From NCBI GenBank assembly GCA_963770835.1, contig CAVYRH010000019.1, positions 64,001 through 128,000 on the forward strand: a DNA stretch of 64,000 nucleotides. The letters are read 5' to 3'. Source of the stretch: an uncultured Pseudomonadota bacterium. Its GTDB lineage: Bacteria > Oederibacteriota > Muellerivitia > Muellerivitales > Muellerivitaceae. Positions 10,411 through 19,760 of the stretch are shown one piece after another. The first letter of the stretch is position 1. Each line of letters starts with the position of its first letter. The position numbers and the translations under genes are program-made. The notes under the pieces were generated by a model that was given only the letters and a program-made list of their open reading frames with translations, was not told the DNA's origin and searched no databases.

Positions 10411-11396
10411 AGGCCAGGTGCATTTTGGGGATTTTATTGGCGGGAGCCATAGCCGCCGGTTGTTCAAGCGGCAAGAAAGGCCAGGGCGGGTTCCGCGCCG
10501 TGCCGGTTGTAAAAGATGACCTTCAAATCACGGTTCTTGCAACGGGCAATGTCCAGCCGAACAACCAGCTTATCGTTTATCCGGCTATTTCGGGCCGTAT
10601 TGAAAAGATATATGTCTTGGAAGGCGTCAACGTCCGCAAGGGCCAGAAGCTAATGGACCTGAGCTCCACTGAACGGGCCACCTTGCTGGATGAGGCGGCC
10701 GCCCAGGGGCCCTCCATTTTGTCACATTGGCAGCAGCTCTATGAGGAAACGCCCCTGCTTTCGCCCGAAAACGGCCAAATCGTTTATCTTCCCACCGTGC
10801 AGGGACAGGTCATCAGCACCAGCACCGAACTCATGGTGATGTCCGACCACTTAATGGTAAACACCCAGGTGGACGAAACCGACCTGGCACAGATCAAAAT
10901 GAACCAGAACGCTACAATTACTTTGGATGCTTATCCCGATGATCCCGTTGACGGCGTGGTCCGCCGCATCTCTTACCAATCCACCCTGGTCAACAACGTG
11001 ACCACTTATGAGGTGGACGTCTGGCCCACGAAAATCCCCAATTTTATGCGAAGCGGCATGACCGCCAACGTCGTTTTCAACGTCAATGAGAAAGACAATA
11101 TCCTGTTGATCCCCGCCGAATCCATCCAGCAAACACCCGATGGCCAGTCCTATGTGCTCAAAGGCTCCGGCCAGTCCGGCAGCAAACCCACCACCGTGGC
11201 AATTCAAACCGGCCTAACGGACGGGAAGCAAACCGAGGTTGTGTCCGGATTGAATGAAGGCGACAAGGTCTTGATCAAAACCTTCTCGGCGGGCCAATTG
11301 GGTTCCGCCAGCCCCGGCTCCAATCCTTTCATGCCCAACCGCCCAACCGGCACGGGCACCGGCAACAGGACAGGCGGGGGCGGCGGGGGCCGTTAA
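10407..11396 (+). CDS. MacA-like periplasmic adaptor lipoprotein
   Basis: Lipobox AAGC; ATGNVQP, VDETDL and TGLTDG..TEVVSGL.EGD motifs; ATGA overlap with the tolC stop. Confidence 0.9.
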   Translation: MKARCILGILLAGAIAAGCSSGKKGQGGFRAVPVVKDDLQITVLATGNVQPNNQLIVYPAISGRIEKIYVLEGVNVRKGQKLMDLSSTERATLLDEAAAQGPSILSHWQQLYEETPLLSPENGQIVYLPTVQGQVISTSTELMVMSDHLMVNTQVDETDLAQIKMNQNATITLDAYPDDPVDGVVRRISYQSTLVNNVTTYEVDVWPTKIPNFMRSGMTANVVFNVNEKDNILLIPAESIQQTPDGQSYVLKGSGQSGSKPTTVAIQTGLTDGKQTEVVSGLNEGDKVLIKTFSAGQLGSASPGSNPFMPNRPTGTGTGNRTGGGGGGR

Positions 11397-11402
11397 TCAA
11401 CC

Positions 11403-11477
11403 CGCAGTTGGCGGTTTGCGGACCGCGGTAAAAGACGAAGGTCTTTAAGATTCTCCTGCGGACTGCGATCCGCGAAA
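11403..11477. repeat. Heptamer-based palindromic intergenic repeat
   Basis: AGTTGGC GGTTTGC GGACCGC ... GCGGACT GCGATCC GCGAA; the right arm is the reverse complement of the same 7-mer unit. Confidence 0.55.
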
Positions 11478-11480
11478 TCT

Positions 11481-13475
11481 TTGAGGTTTGAATTGAACGT
11501 CATCGAAATTAAAAACATTACCAAGGTCTACACGATGGGCGACACGGAAGTGCGCGCCCTCAACGGCGTTTCCTTGAAGATCGAGGCGGGCGAATTCGTG
11601 GCCATCATGGGCGCCTCGGGTTCGGGCAAATCCACCATGCTGCAGATCTTGGGATTGTTGGACGCCCCCACCTCAGGCTCTTACAAGCTTTTAGGCGCGG
11701 AAGTTTCCAGCCTCAACGAGGACGACACGGCCGCAATCCGGGGGCAGACCCTGGGCTTTATCTTCCAAATGTTCAATCTCCTGGCCCGCACCTCCTCCCT
11801 GGAGCAAGTGGGGCTACCCCTGCTTTATTCCGATCCCAGGGCATCCCACGGCGACCCCAAGGAATTGCTTGAAATGGTGGGGTTGGGGGAACGCCTGGAC
11901 CACAAACCCAACGAACTTTCCGGCGGCCAGCAGCAAAGGGTGGCCATCGCCCGGGCCCTGGCCAACAAACCCAAGATCATCATGGCGGATGAACCCACAG
12001 GAAACCTGGATTCCAAAAGTTCCGAGGATATCATCGGATTCCTCGGCAAGATGAACGAAAGCGGCATCACGGTCATCCTGGTCACCCACGAGCCCGATAT
12101 CGCGGCTCATGCCCGGCGCATTATCACCATGAAGGACGGTAAGATCCTCTCCGACCGCCATAATTCCAGGTCCAGTACCTCCGTCCCCTCGCCCAAAAAA
12201 ACGGCCGAAACCCTCAAGAGCACCCAGACCAAGGGCCACACCTCCTTCAGCTTCCGCCAGGCAAAGGAATATTTCCGCCAGGCCTTCCGGGCCTTGATGG
12301 CCAACAAGGTCCGGTCCGGTCTTTCGGTTTTGGGCATCCTGATCGGGGTGGCTGCAGTCATCGCCATGCTGGCGGTGGGTACCGGCGCGCAAAAATCGAT
12401 GGAACAACAACTGGCATCCCTCGGCACGAATTTACTCATCCTCATGCCCGGTTCACTCCAGGTGGGGGGCGTCCAGCAGGGCGTAGGGGGTACCAGCCGC
12501 CTTTTGCTCTCCGACGTGGATGCCATCGCCAAGGTGCCTATGGTCAAGCGCACGGCCCCCGAGATTTCGGGCCGGGTCCAAGTGACCTATTCGGATAAGA
12601 ACTGGAACACCAGCGTCACCGGAACTACCCCCAATTACGCGCCCATGCGGGCCGCCCAACCCATCTTCGGCCGTTTCATCAGCAAGGATGACGTGGCCAA
12701 GCGAAACCGGGTCTGCCTCCTGGGGCTCACCGTTATCAAGAACCTCTTCGGGGACAATGCTAATCCCATGGGGGAATACATTAAGATCAACCGGGTCAAT
12801 TTCCAGATTATCGGTGTTTTGCCCGTCAAGGGGTCCAACGGCTTCCAAGACCGGGACGATACGATCGTGGTACCCGTCACAACCGCCATGTACCGCCTCT
12901 TCGGGAAGGAATACGTGAACTCGGTGGATATCGAGGCGGATACCGCCCAGGACACGATCCCTTGCATCGACGCCGTCACGGCCTTCATGATGAAGCTCAA
13001 GCACATCCCCAACCTGCCCGGTTACCAGAATGCCTTCCAGGTGAGGAACATGGCGGATATCCAGGCCACCCTCAGCGCCACCACCCAGATCATGACCATC
13101 CTTTTATCCTCCATCGCCGCCATATCGCTTTTGGTGGGGGGAATCGGCATCATGAACATCATGCTGGTTTCGGTCACGGAGCGGACGAGGGAAATCGGCC
13201 TCCGCAAGGCCATTGGCGCCCGGCGGTTCGACATCCTGGCCCAGTTTCTCATCGAGTCCGTGGCCGTGGGCTTGGCGGGTGGGGCCATGGGCATTCTTTT
13301 GGGCTGGGTCGCGGTATTAATCATCTCGGCGGTGGCGGGCTGGGCGGCCATCGTGACCCTGGGCGCGGTTTTGATGGCCTCCTTCTTTTCGGCCCTAGTG
13401 GGCGTCCTGGCCGGCCTCTGGCCCGCCATCAAGGCTTCCAAGTTAAGCCCCATTTTGGCTCTTCGATACGAATAG
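11481..13475 (+). CDS. macB: MacB-family ABC exporter, ATPase-permease fusion
   Basis: GASGSGKS, LSGGQQQRV, DEPTGNLD, periplasmic core and GGIGIMNIMLVSVTERTREIG. Exact start uncertain (TTG 11481 or 11493). Confidence 0.92.
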   Translation: MRFELNVIEIKNITKVYTMGDTEVRALNGVSLKIEAGEFVAIMGASGSGKSTMLQILGLLDAPTSGSYKLLGAEVSSLNEDDTAAIRGQTLGFIFQMFNLLARTSSLEQVGLPLLYSDPRASHGDPKELLEMVGLGERLDHKPNELSGGQQQRVAIARALANKPKIIMADEPTGNLDSKSSEDIIGFLGKMNESGITVILVTHEPDIAAHARRIITMKDGKILSDRHNSRSSTSVPSPKKTAETLKSTQTKGHTSFSFRQAKEYFRQAFRALMANKVRSGLSVLGILIGVAAVIAMLAVGTGAQKSMEQQLASLGTNLLILMPGSLQVGGVQQGVGGTSRLLLSDVDAIAKVPMVKRTAPEISGRVQVTYSDKNWNTSVTGTTPNYAPMRAAQPIFGRFISKDDVAKRNRVCLLGLTVIKNLFGDNANPMGEYIKINRVNFQIIGVLPVKGSNGFQDRDDTIVVPVTTAMYRLFGKEYVNSVDIEADTAQDTIPCIDAVTAFMMKLKHIPNLPGYQNAFQVRNMADIQATLSATTQIMTILLSSIAAISLLVGGIGIMNIMLVSVTERTREIGLRKAIGARRFDILAQFLIESVAVGLAGGAMGILLGWVAVLIISAVAGWAAIVTLGAVLMASFFSALVGVLAGLWPAIKASKLSPILALRYE

Positions 13476-13565
13476 TCCCCCAGGGAACCACTCGGGTTGG
13501 TTTAGAAAACAGGACCCTGGCCCCATGGTTTTCCCTTAAAAAAATAACAAGCGGGAGGCCTCTTC

Positions 13566-13853
13566 ATTAAAACAGGCCATAGCGAATCAACCGAACTGGC
13601 ACCCTCAACCCAAACCGAATTGGGCAACCCCTGGCAGGTGGTACTGTTCAACGATGAAGTACACAGTTTTGACGAAGTCATCCTCCAGCTCCAAAAAGCC
13701 ACGGGCTACTCCCTGGAAAAAGCCACCGAACTGACCTTGCGCGTCCACCATAACGGCAAGGCCGTTGTTTATATCGGATCGAAGGAGGAATGCGAGAAGG
13801 TGGCGGGGGTCTTGGGGCAAATTCGCCTCTCCACCCAGGTGGAAAAAACCTAA
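13566..13853 (+). CDS. clpS: ATP-dependent Clp protease adaptor ClpS
   Basis: VVLFNDEVHSFDEVI...VHHNGKAVV motif. Start uncertain: ATT 13566 sits behind a GGGAGG RBS; the ORF track uses TTG 13620. Confidence 0.85.
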   Translation: MKTGHSESTELAPSTQTELGNPWQVVLFNDEVHSFDEVILQLQKATGYSLEKATELTLRVHHNGKAVVYIGSKEECEKVAGVLGQIRLSTQVEKT

Positions 13854-13967
13854 ACCCTATTCAGCCATTCCGCAAAAGATGGAAGACTATTTATATTTTG
13901 AATTCAAATTTGTCGCTTCTGTGATACCTTTTTATGAAAGCCCATCGTATTCGAAAGGCGGCAATTA

Positions 13968-14339
13968 ATGCCCGAAGCCAATATTTCCTTCAACAAGCGG
14001 GCCTATCCTCGGGTACCTGCCCATATCCCCGTTTCCTTCCTCGTCATGAAGGAACACAAGGAGATCAAAGACATCCGGGAATTGATTGAAAAAACAAAAA
14101 CGGTCCAAAGCCTCGACGCCAGCCTGGGCGGCATGAAATTCGAGGGAGGCACTGGTTTAGAGAAGGGGGACATCCTGACCCTCCGGCTTACCGTCCCAAC
14201 GAAGACTACCCCCATCTCAGCTTTCGCCGAGGTGGCTTGGGTCAGAAACGATGGCGTTGGGGTTCACTTTATCACGATGAAAGACGAAGACCTCCAATCG
14301 CTGGACCTGTACCTCCAAAGTTTTCCGCCGGGCGGCTGA
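13968..14339 (+). CDS. Stand-alone PilZ domain protein
   Basis: RAYPR (RxxxR) and DASLGG (D/NxSxxG) c-di-GMP-binding motifs. Confidence 0.88.
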   Translation: MPEANISFNKRAYPRVPAHIPVSFLVMKEHKEIKDIRELIEKTKTVQSLDASLGGMKFEGGTGLEKGDILTLRLTVPTKTTPISAFAEVAWVRNDGVGVHFITMKDEDLQSLDLYLQSFPPGG

Positions 14340-14429
14340 TCTTTTTCTTCAACACCCCGAGCGTCCCTCTGTTATATAGTGGCCTGTCTTCAGGTGAATT
14401 TCATCCAACCATCCGGAGTTTATCGGTCC

Positions 14430-16166
14430 ATGAAAAATTTTCGGTTATTGCCTTTCTTTGTATTGGTGATCGCCGTTATTCCCCTTGGCTTATTTTTAAT
14501 TCTTTTTTCCACCATCCTGAAAAAAAGCATCAAAAGCACCGTCGTCAATGATCCTCAGGCCGCCTTGGCCCAAAGCCTAAACGGCCTGAACGGGTCCTAC
14601 AACCAAGCCGTCAATCAGGCCTTCCTGGCCGCCCTGCGTTTTTCCATGAGGGATTCCCTCCAAAAATCCCTCACGGCTCCCGTTACCTTCACCCCCTCGG
14701 TCAAGGCCCTGGGGGAGGCTGAATCCAAATCCTCTCCCCTGTCTTTTTGGATTGTGACCAATAAGGCGGGCAAGGTGCTTTACGACACCCTAGGCATCCC
14801 CAAACCCACGCCTTCCACCACGCCGGAGGCCGCCTTGAAGAAAAAGGCTAAGCTAAAACCCAAGGAATCCTTTTACGGCGATATCCACGACTGGCCCGGC
14901 ATGGACCGGGTCCTCTCGGGGGCCGCCACTGCCAGCGGTGTCTTGGATTACCAGGGGAAATCCTACCTGGTTTCCGCTATCCCGGTTTTGAGCCGTTCCA
15001 AAACCATCGGCATAGTCCTGGCAGGGGTCAAAATCGACAAAAATTTCCTGCAGGGCCTGAAAGCCGGCTCCCCCGACGAAGTGGCCTTTTACTCTCAGGG
15101 CCAAACCCTCTGTACCAGCCCCTTTCCTCCCCCACCCCTACCCCCTCCAGCAAAACCCCTGGCGGTCCAATGGCGGCAGTCTCCTTATTTGGCCGGGACC
15201 CTTCCCGTTCTCGGCCTTGATGGAAAAACAGTGGCGGGCAATTTTATTGCCTTCCAACCGGTCAAGCAAAGCTTGACCCTGGAAGGCACCCCCCAGAAGA
15301 GCCTTTGGACGATAGGAATTCTCTTACTCTTTCTCACCCTCCTCGTGGCCGCCTTGTTCCAATGGCAATACATGTCACCCTATAACAAAATCCTGGCGGC
15401 CTTGGACCAGGTGAAAACGGGGGATTTCAACCCGATCTTGCCCACTCACCGGCCCGACGAATGGGGCCATATGGCCCGGTCGCTCGCGGAAATGACCGAG
15501 AGCCTCCGGGAGAAAGACAGGATTTCACTGATTTTAGGAAAGGTCGTGGACCCCCAGGCGGCCAAGAAAATCCTGGCTGACCGGGACTATTTCGCCTTGA
15601 AGGGTGAACGACGGGAATGCACCCTGCTCCAGGCCGACCTGAAGGGTTTCAACACTTTGAGCGAAAACATGGCGCCCGAAACCCTGGTGGAAGCCCTTAA
15701 CCAGTATTTCAGCATCATCAACGAGGTTGTTTTTAAATTCGAGGGCATGCTGGATAAGTTTATGGGGGATACGGCCCTTGCGGTCTGGGGCGCTCCTTTC
15801 ACCCACGAAGACAAGGAAGCCCGTGCGGTGAAGGCGGCCCTGGAAATCCAGGAAGCCCTGAGGGAATTCAATATTTCCCGCATCAAGAAGGGCTACCCGC
15901 CTTTCACGGTGGGCATCGGCATCCACACGGGCCCGGTGGTTTCGGGCAACTTGGGCTCGAACCGGCACTACGACTACAGCATCATCGGCGAATCCCTTCA
16001 CGTGGTGGGCCGCCTTTGCGCCATGTCCGCCCCCGGCCAGACGGTCCTTTCAGGGGAAACTTATGAAAAGGTCCAATCCCTGGTGAAGGCTGGCCCCTTG
16101 AATCCCATCGCCGTCAGGGGTTCCATGGAACCCTTAAGGACCTACGAGGTCCAAAAGCTGCTTTAA
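14430..16166 (+). CDS. Membrane-bound class III adenylate/guanylate cyclase with periplasmic sensor and HAMP domain
   Basis: Two TM helices, HAMP (RPDEWG), ADLKGF, DKFMGD and GIGIHTG motifs. Confidence 0.9.
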   Translation: MKNFRLLPFFVLVIAVIPLGLFLILFSTILKKSIKSTVVNDPQAALAQSLNGLNGSYNQAVNQAFLAALRFSMRDSLQKSLTAPVTFTPSVKALGEAESKSSPLSFWIVTNKAGKVLYDTLGIPKPTPSTTPEAALKKKAKLKPKESFYGDIHDWPGMDRVLSGAATASGVLDYQGKSYLVSAIPVLSRSKTIGIVLAGVKIDKNFLQGLKAGSPDEVAFYSQGQTLCTSPFPPPPLPPPAKPLAVQWRQSPYLAGTLPVLGLDGKTVAGNFIAFQPVKQSLTLEGTPQKSLWTIGILLLFLTLLVAALFQWQYMSPYNKILAALDQVKTGDFNPILPTHRPDEWGHMARSLAEMTESLREKDRISLILGKVVDPQAAKKILADRDYFALKGERRECTLLQADLKGFNTLSENMAPETLVEALNQYFSIINEVVFKFEGMLDKFMGDTALAVWGAPFTHEDKEARAVKAALEIQEALREFNISRIKKGYPPFTVGIGIHTGPVVSGNLGSNRHYDYSIIGESLHVVGRLCAMSAPGQTVLSGETYEKVQSLVKAGPLNPIAVRGSMEPLRTYEVQKLL

Positions 16167-16200
16167 GCCGAAAACTTTCCCCTCATTCCAAAGGATTCCC

Positions 16201-17280
16201 ATGCCGACGCCAGCCGACAAGCCATTGGAACCGGACCTACTCCGCAAAGCGCTTCTGAAGTGGTACAACCATTCCAAAAGGGACCTGCCCTGGCGCCACA
16301 CGAAGGACCCCTACGCCATCTTTGTTTCCGAAATGATGCTCCAGCAAACCCAGGTCAAAACGGTCATTCCCTACTATGGAAGGTTTTTGAAGGAACTGCC
16401 GGATTGGAAATCCCTGGCGAAAGCCAAGGAAGAGAAGGTGTTGAAGCTTTGGGAAGGCCTAGGCTATTACCGCCGAGCCCGCAACCTTCAGGCCGCCGCC
16501 CAAAAAATTCTGAAGGATTATGGGGGAAAACTTCCCGACACATTGGATCAAATCCTCGAAATTCCGGGGGTCGGCCCCTATAGCGCGGGCGCTGTCCTTT
16601 CCATCGCCTTCCAAAAACCCCACCCTGTCGTGGACGGAAACGTCATCCGCGTTTTTTCCCGCCTTTTCCTGCTCAAAGGCAATCTCAAAACCGGCGAAGG
16701 CCATAAAAAGCTGTGGGAATTGGCGGAAAGCCTGATCGCCCCCCAGCGGCCTGGCGATTTCAACCAGGCCGTCATGGAACTGGGCGCCACGGTTTGCCTA
16801 TCCGAAAACCCCCAATGTCTATTGTGCCCCTTAATGTCCCACTGCCGGGCCGCGCAAAAAGGCCTGCAAAACGAGTTCCCAGAAATGCCAAAGGCGCCTC
16901 AAACCGTCGAGATCCACATGGCGGCGCTTTACATTGAGCAAAAAGGGAAAGTTCTGGTGAAAAAACGTTCGAAAGAGGAAAAATGGCTGAAAGGATTATG
17001 GGAATTCCCCAGCGCCGAGGGAAAGACCTTTGAGGATGCCCTTCAAAAGCTTGAAAGGGATTTGAGGGTAAAAGCCCACCGCAAGGAACTATATGAGGTG
17101 AGGCACCAAATCACCCACCATAAAATCCGGCTCAAACTTTTCAGGGGTGCCGTGCCGAAATCTCCCCGGCTTTCCAAAGACTATCAATGGTTCCCTTTGA
17201 AAGGCCTGCTGAAACTGCCATTCGCCAGCGCCCAGGGAAAACTGAGGGAATGGGTCCTCCAGGCAGTTGACAGTCGATAG
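16201..17280 (+). CDS. mutY: A/G-specific adenine glycosylase
   Basis: SEMMLQQTQV, WEGLGYY, HhH GVGPYSA, VDGNV, 4Fe-4S Cys motif and NUDIX-like tail. Confidence 0.96.
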   Translation: MPTPADKPLEPDLLRKALLKWYNHSKRDLPWRHTKDPYAIFVSEMMLQQTQVKTVIPYYGRFLKELPDWKSLAKAKEEKVLKLWEGLGYYRRARNLQAAAQKILKDYGGKLPDTLDQILEIPGVGPYSAGAVLSIAFQKPHPVVDGNVIRVFSRLFLLKGNLKTGEGHKKLWELAESLIAPQRPGDFNQAVMELGATVCLSENPQCLLCPLMSHCRAAQKGLQNEFPEMPKAPQTVEIHMAALYIEQKGKVLVKKRSKEEKWLKGLWEFPSAEGKTFEDALQKLERDLRVKAHRKELYEVRHQITHHKIRLKLFRGAVPKSPRLSKDYQWFPLKGLLKLPFASAQGKLREWVLQAVDSR

Positions 17281-17348
17281 CCCACTGTCGACAGCAACAG
17301 CCGTTAAAAGACTTTGCTGCGGACTGCTAACCGTGGAATGCCGACTGA
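17265..17348. repeat. Heptamer-based palindromic repeat overlapping the mutY stop
   Basis: AGTTGAC AGTCGAT AGCCCAC TGTCGAC AGC ... GCT GCGGACT GCTAACC GTGGAAT GCCGACT. Confidence 0.6.
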
Positions 17349-17453
17349 TTTCAGGTCAAACGGTAATCCCCCCCGTTAGCAAAAAATAATTGACAATAAA
17401 GGCAAAAAGCTTATCGTGGAATTAGAAACTCCGTAATGGGTGGGAGGTGCTAG

Positions 17454-18518
17454 ATGACTGGTAAACCCCTCTTTTTCACACTGTTTTTCATGATGCCGCC
17501 GGTCGTTGTATGGTCCCAAACGGCCGAAAATCCCCAAAAGCCAAGTACTTATGTGGTTAAAAAAGGCGATTGCCTTTGGAATATCTCCAAGAGGGTTTGG
17601 GGTGATCCCCAGAAATGGCCCCTTCTTTTCGCCACCAATGAAGACCAAATCAAGAATCCCAACCTCATTTATCCGGGCCAAGAATTCAAAATCCCGGCCA
17701 CTATCACCAATGAAGAACTGAAAAAAGCCACGAAGTTGGCGCAAGAGCGGGCCGTGCCCTTGCCAGCCGGGCAAATCGGGGCTAAGGGCACCGCGCTTAC
17801 CGACAAAAAACACAAAGTGACCGCCTCCCCCAGTGAGCCTTCCGCTTCCTCGTCGGCGTCCAAGCTGGCGCCCGCCACCACGGCTCCATCCGCCAATGGA
17901 CAGGCGGAAAACACCACAAATCCTCCGGCTACTTCCCAAACAAATCAACCAGCCGGGACAACCACCCCATCAAGCGGCTCTTCCACCATCGTGATCTTCG
18001 TCGTTGCTTTATTGGCTTTGGGAGCCGGACTTTTCTTTTGGTTCCGCAGGCGCGCTGGCGCCGCTGCCCAGCAGCCGAGGCCCCTCTCGTCCTTCCCTCA
18101 AGCCGGGGAGCCGCCTGTCAGCAGGCCTGTTAACCCTTCGACAACTCCAAGCCAGGCCCCGTCCAACCCGCCCTTGTCCACCCCGATTAGTCCGATAGCC
18201 CCTCCTACCAGCCAACCCGTGGTAAGCACCCCCAGGGAGTCGAACCCACCGGAGGCCACTCCCGCTCCCCAGACTGCCGGGAATACTCAACCCACTCCCG
18301 CCTCCATCCCGCCGGGAAACAAAGCGGGCGGCTTTACGGGAACCATCACCTCTATTTCCATGTCCCAGCCGCCGGTCCCCTCCAAGGCGGAACCCCTTTC
18401 TTCCCCATCCTCTTCCGTTCCTCCGGTTCCGGCACCTTCCACGCCACCGGCTCAAAAGCCGCCTGAAAGTAACTCTCCAGACAGCTCCACTCCACCCTCT
18501 TCAACCTCCCAAAACTAA
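17454..18518 (+). CDS. LysM-domain membrane protein with a Pro/Ser-rich tail
   Basis: YVVKKGDCLWNIS...IKNPNLIYPGQ, one TM followed by RRR, and a low-complexity C-terminus. Confidence 0.85.
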   Translation: MTGKPLFFTLFFMMPPVVVWSQTAENPQKPSTYVVKKGDCLWNISKRVWGDPQKWPLLFATNEDQIKNPNLIYPGQEFKIPATITNEELKKATKLAQERAVPLPAGQIGAKGTALTDKKHKVTASPSEPSASSSASKLAPATTAPSANGQAENTTNPPATSQTNQPAGTTTPSSGSSTIVIFVVALLALGAGLFFWFRRRAGAAAQQPRPLSSFPQAGEPPVSRPVNPSTTPSQAPSNPPLSTPISPIAPPTSQPVVSTPRESNPPEATPAPQTAGNTQPTPASIPPGNKAGGFTGTITSISMSQPPVPSKAEPLSSPSSSVPPVPAPSTPPAQKPPESNSPDSSTPPSSTSQN

Positions 18519-18542
18519 AAATCCCGGTTGCGCCGGGATTTT
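18518..18542. terminator. Bidirectional terminator between convergent genes
   Basis: AAAATCCCGG-TTGCG-CCGGGATTTT. Confidence 0.75.
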
Positions 18543-18598
18543 CGGATGGGATAACTACTGTAAAAGGGGCTTCCAGCGGATAGCAGGGCTTAAACGCA

Positions 18599-19534
18599 TC
18601 ATCCCTCGGTGAAAATTTCCTCTTCCTTGTGGAACCCGTCGGCAATGACGGTAGTGGCCATGTTCTCCTTGTCCACCTCGATGGGCTCGAATAACACACA
18701 GGGCACATTCTTGAATCCGTTGGGGACCAATCGAATTCCGCCTGCCGGGGCTACCCCCTTGATCAGGGCCACCGTAGCCTCGGCAGCGTGGGTGGCAAGC
18801 AGACGGACGGGTTTATAGACCGTCATGATTTGGGTGCCGCGGGCAATCCTTTGGCAGGCCGCCAGGTCGGCGTCCTGTCCCGATACCGGTATCTTTCCGG
18901 CCAATCCCCGCCCCTCCAGCGCCTGGATGGCACCCCCCGCCGTGCCGTCGTTGGAGGCCACCACTGCGGCCACCTGGCCGTCGGCCTTGTCCAGCGCTTC
19001 CCGCATGATCTTGAGGGCCTCCATGGGGTACCAGCCCTTCGCCGGCTGGTCCGCCACGATACGCACCGCGCCCTGGTCCAGGTAGGGTTTGAGGGCCTTC
19101 ATCTGTCCCTCATGGCAAAGGCGGGCATTGGCATCCTCCCGGGGGCCGCCGATCAGCACGTAATTGCCCGTCGGGGCCCTTTTCAGGAGTGCCTCCGCCT
19201 GCAGTTCCCCCACCCTCACGTTGTCGAAGGAAACGAAAAGATCCAGGTCGCAGTTGTCAATCATGCGGTCGTAGGCGATGACCGGCAGGCCCTTGGCCTT
19301 TGCGGCTTCCACGACCTCGGTGGCGAAGGCGTCGTTGGAGGAAACCACCACCAATGCGTCGATTTTCTGGGTTGCCAGGCTCCCCTCCCGGATGTTCTGG
19401 GCGGCCTGTTCGAAAAGGGCCACCTGCAGGGACACCTCGGCCTCCAGTTCCTTGGCCCTCGCCACGAACAATTGTCGGTCCGTGTGCCAGCGTTCCTGGA
19501 CCAACCCCATCGGCAGTAACAGCTTTATCCGCAT
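18599..19534 (-). CDS. XylF-like sugar-binding protein (periplasmic binding protein type 1), no signal peptide
   Basis: ERW..D, IAYDRMI, SFDNVRVG.LQA, ASNDGTAGG, SGQDADL and MTVYKP motifs. ATG 19534 has a GGAGG RBS. Confidence 0.85.
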   Translation of the reverse strand: MRIKLLLPMGLVQERWHTDRQLFVARAKELEAEVSLQVALFEQAAQNIREGSLATQKIDALVVVSSNDAFATEVVEAAKAKGLPVIAYDRMIDNCDLDLFVSFDNVRVGELQAEALLKRAPTGNYVLIGGPREDANARLCHEGQMKALKPYLDQGAVRIVADQPAKGWYPMEALKIMREALDKADGQVAAVVASNDGTAGGAIQALEGRGLAGKIPVSGQDADLAACQRIARGTQIMTVYKPVRLLATHAAEATVALIKGVAPAGGIRLVPNGFKNVPCVLFEPIEVDKENMATTVIADGFHKEEEIFTEG

Positions 19535-19760
19535 GGATCCCTCCGGTCTGTTCAAGAATTTCGGGGCCATTATACGACTGTAAAACTTGTTTTTTATCCA
19601 GCAGGAATCATAAAGGCGCCAGATCGTCCGGGAGTTTGGCGTTAAAGTTTTGTTTAATTTCCGAACAAAGCGGGCCGAATTGCGTTTTTTCAATGAAGTG
19701 GCGGTAAAATATGTCGTTAGTAGTTTTATTAGCCTGCTTTATTTCAAAGGAGCAATGATT

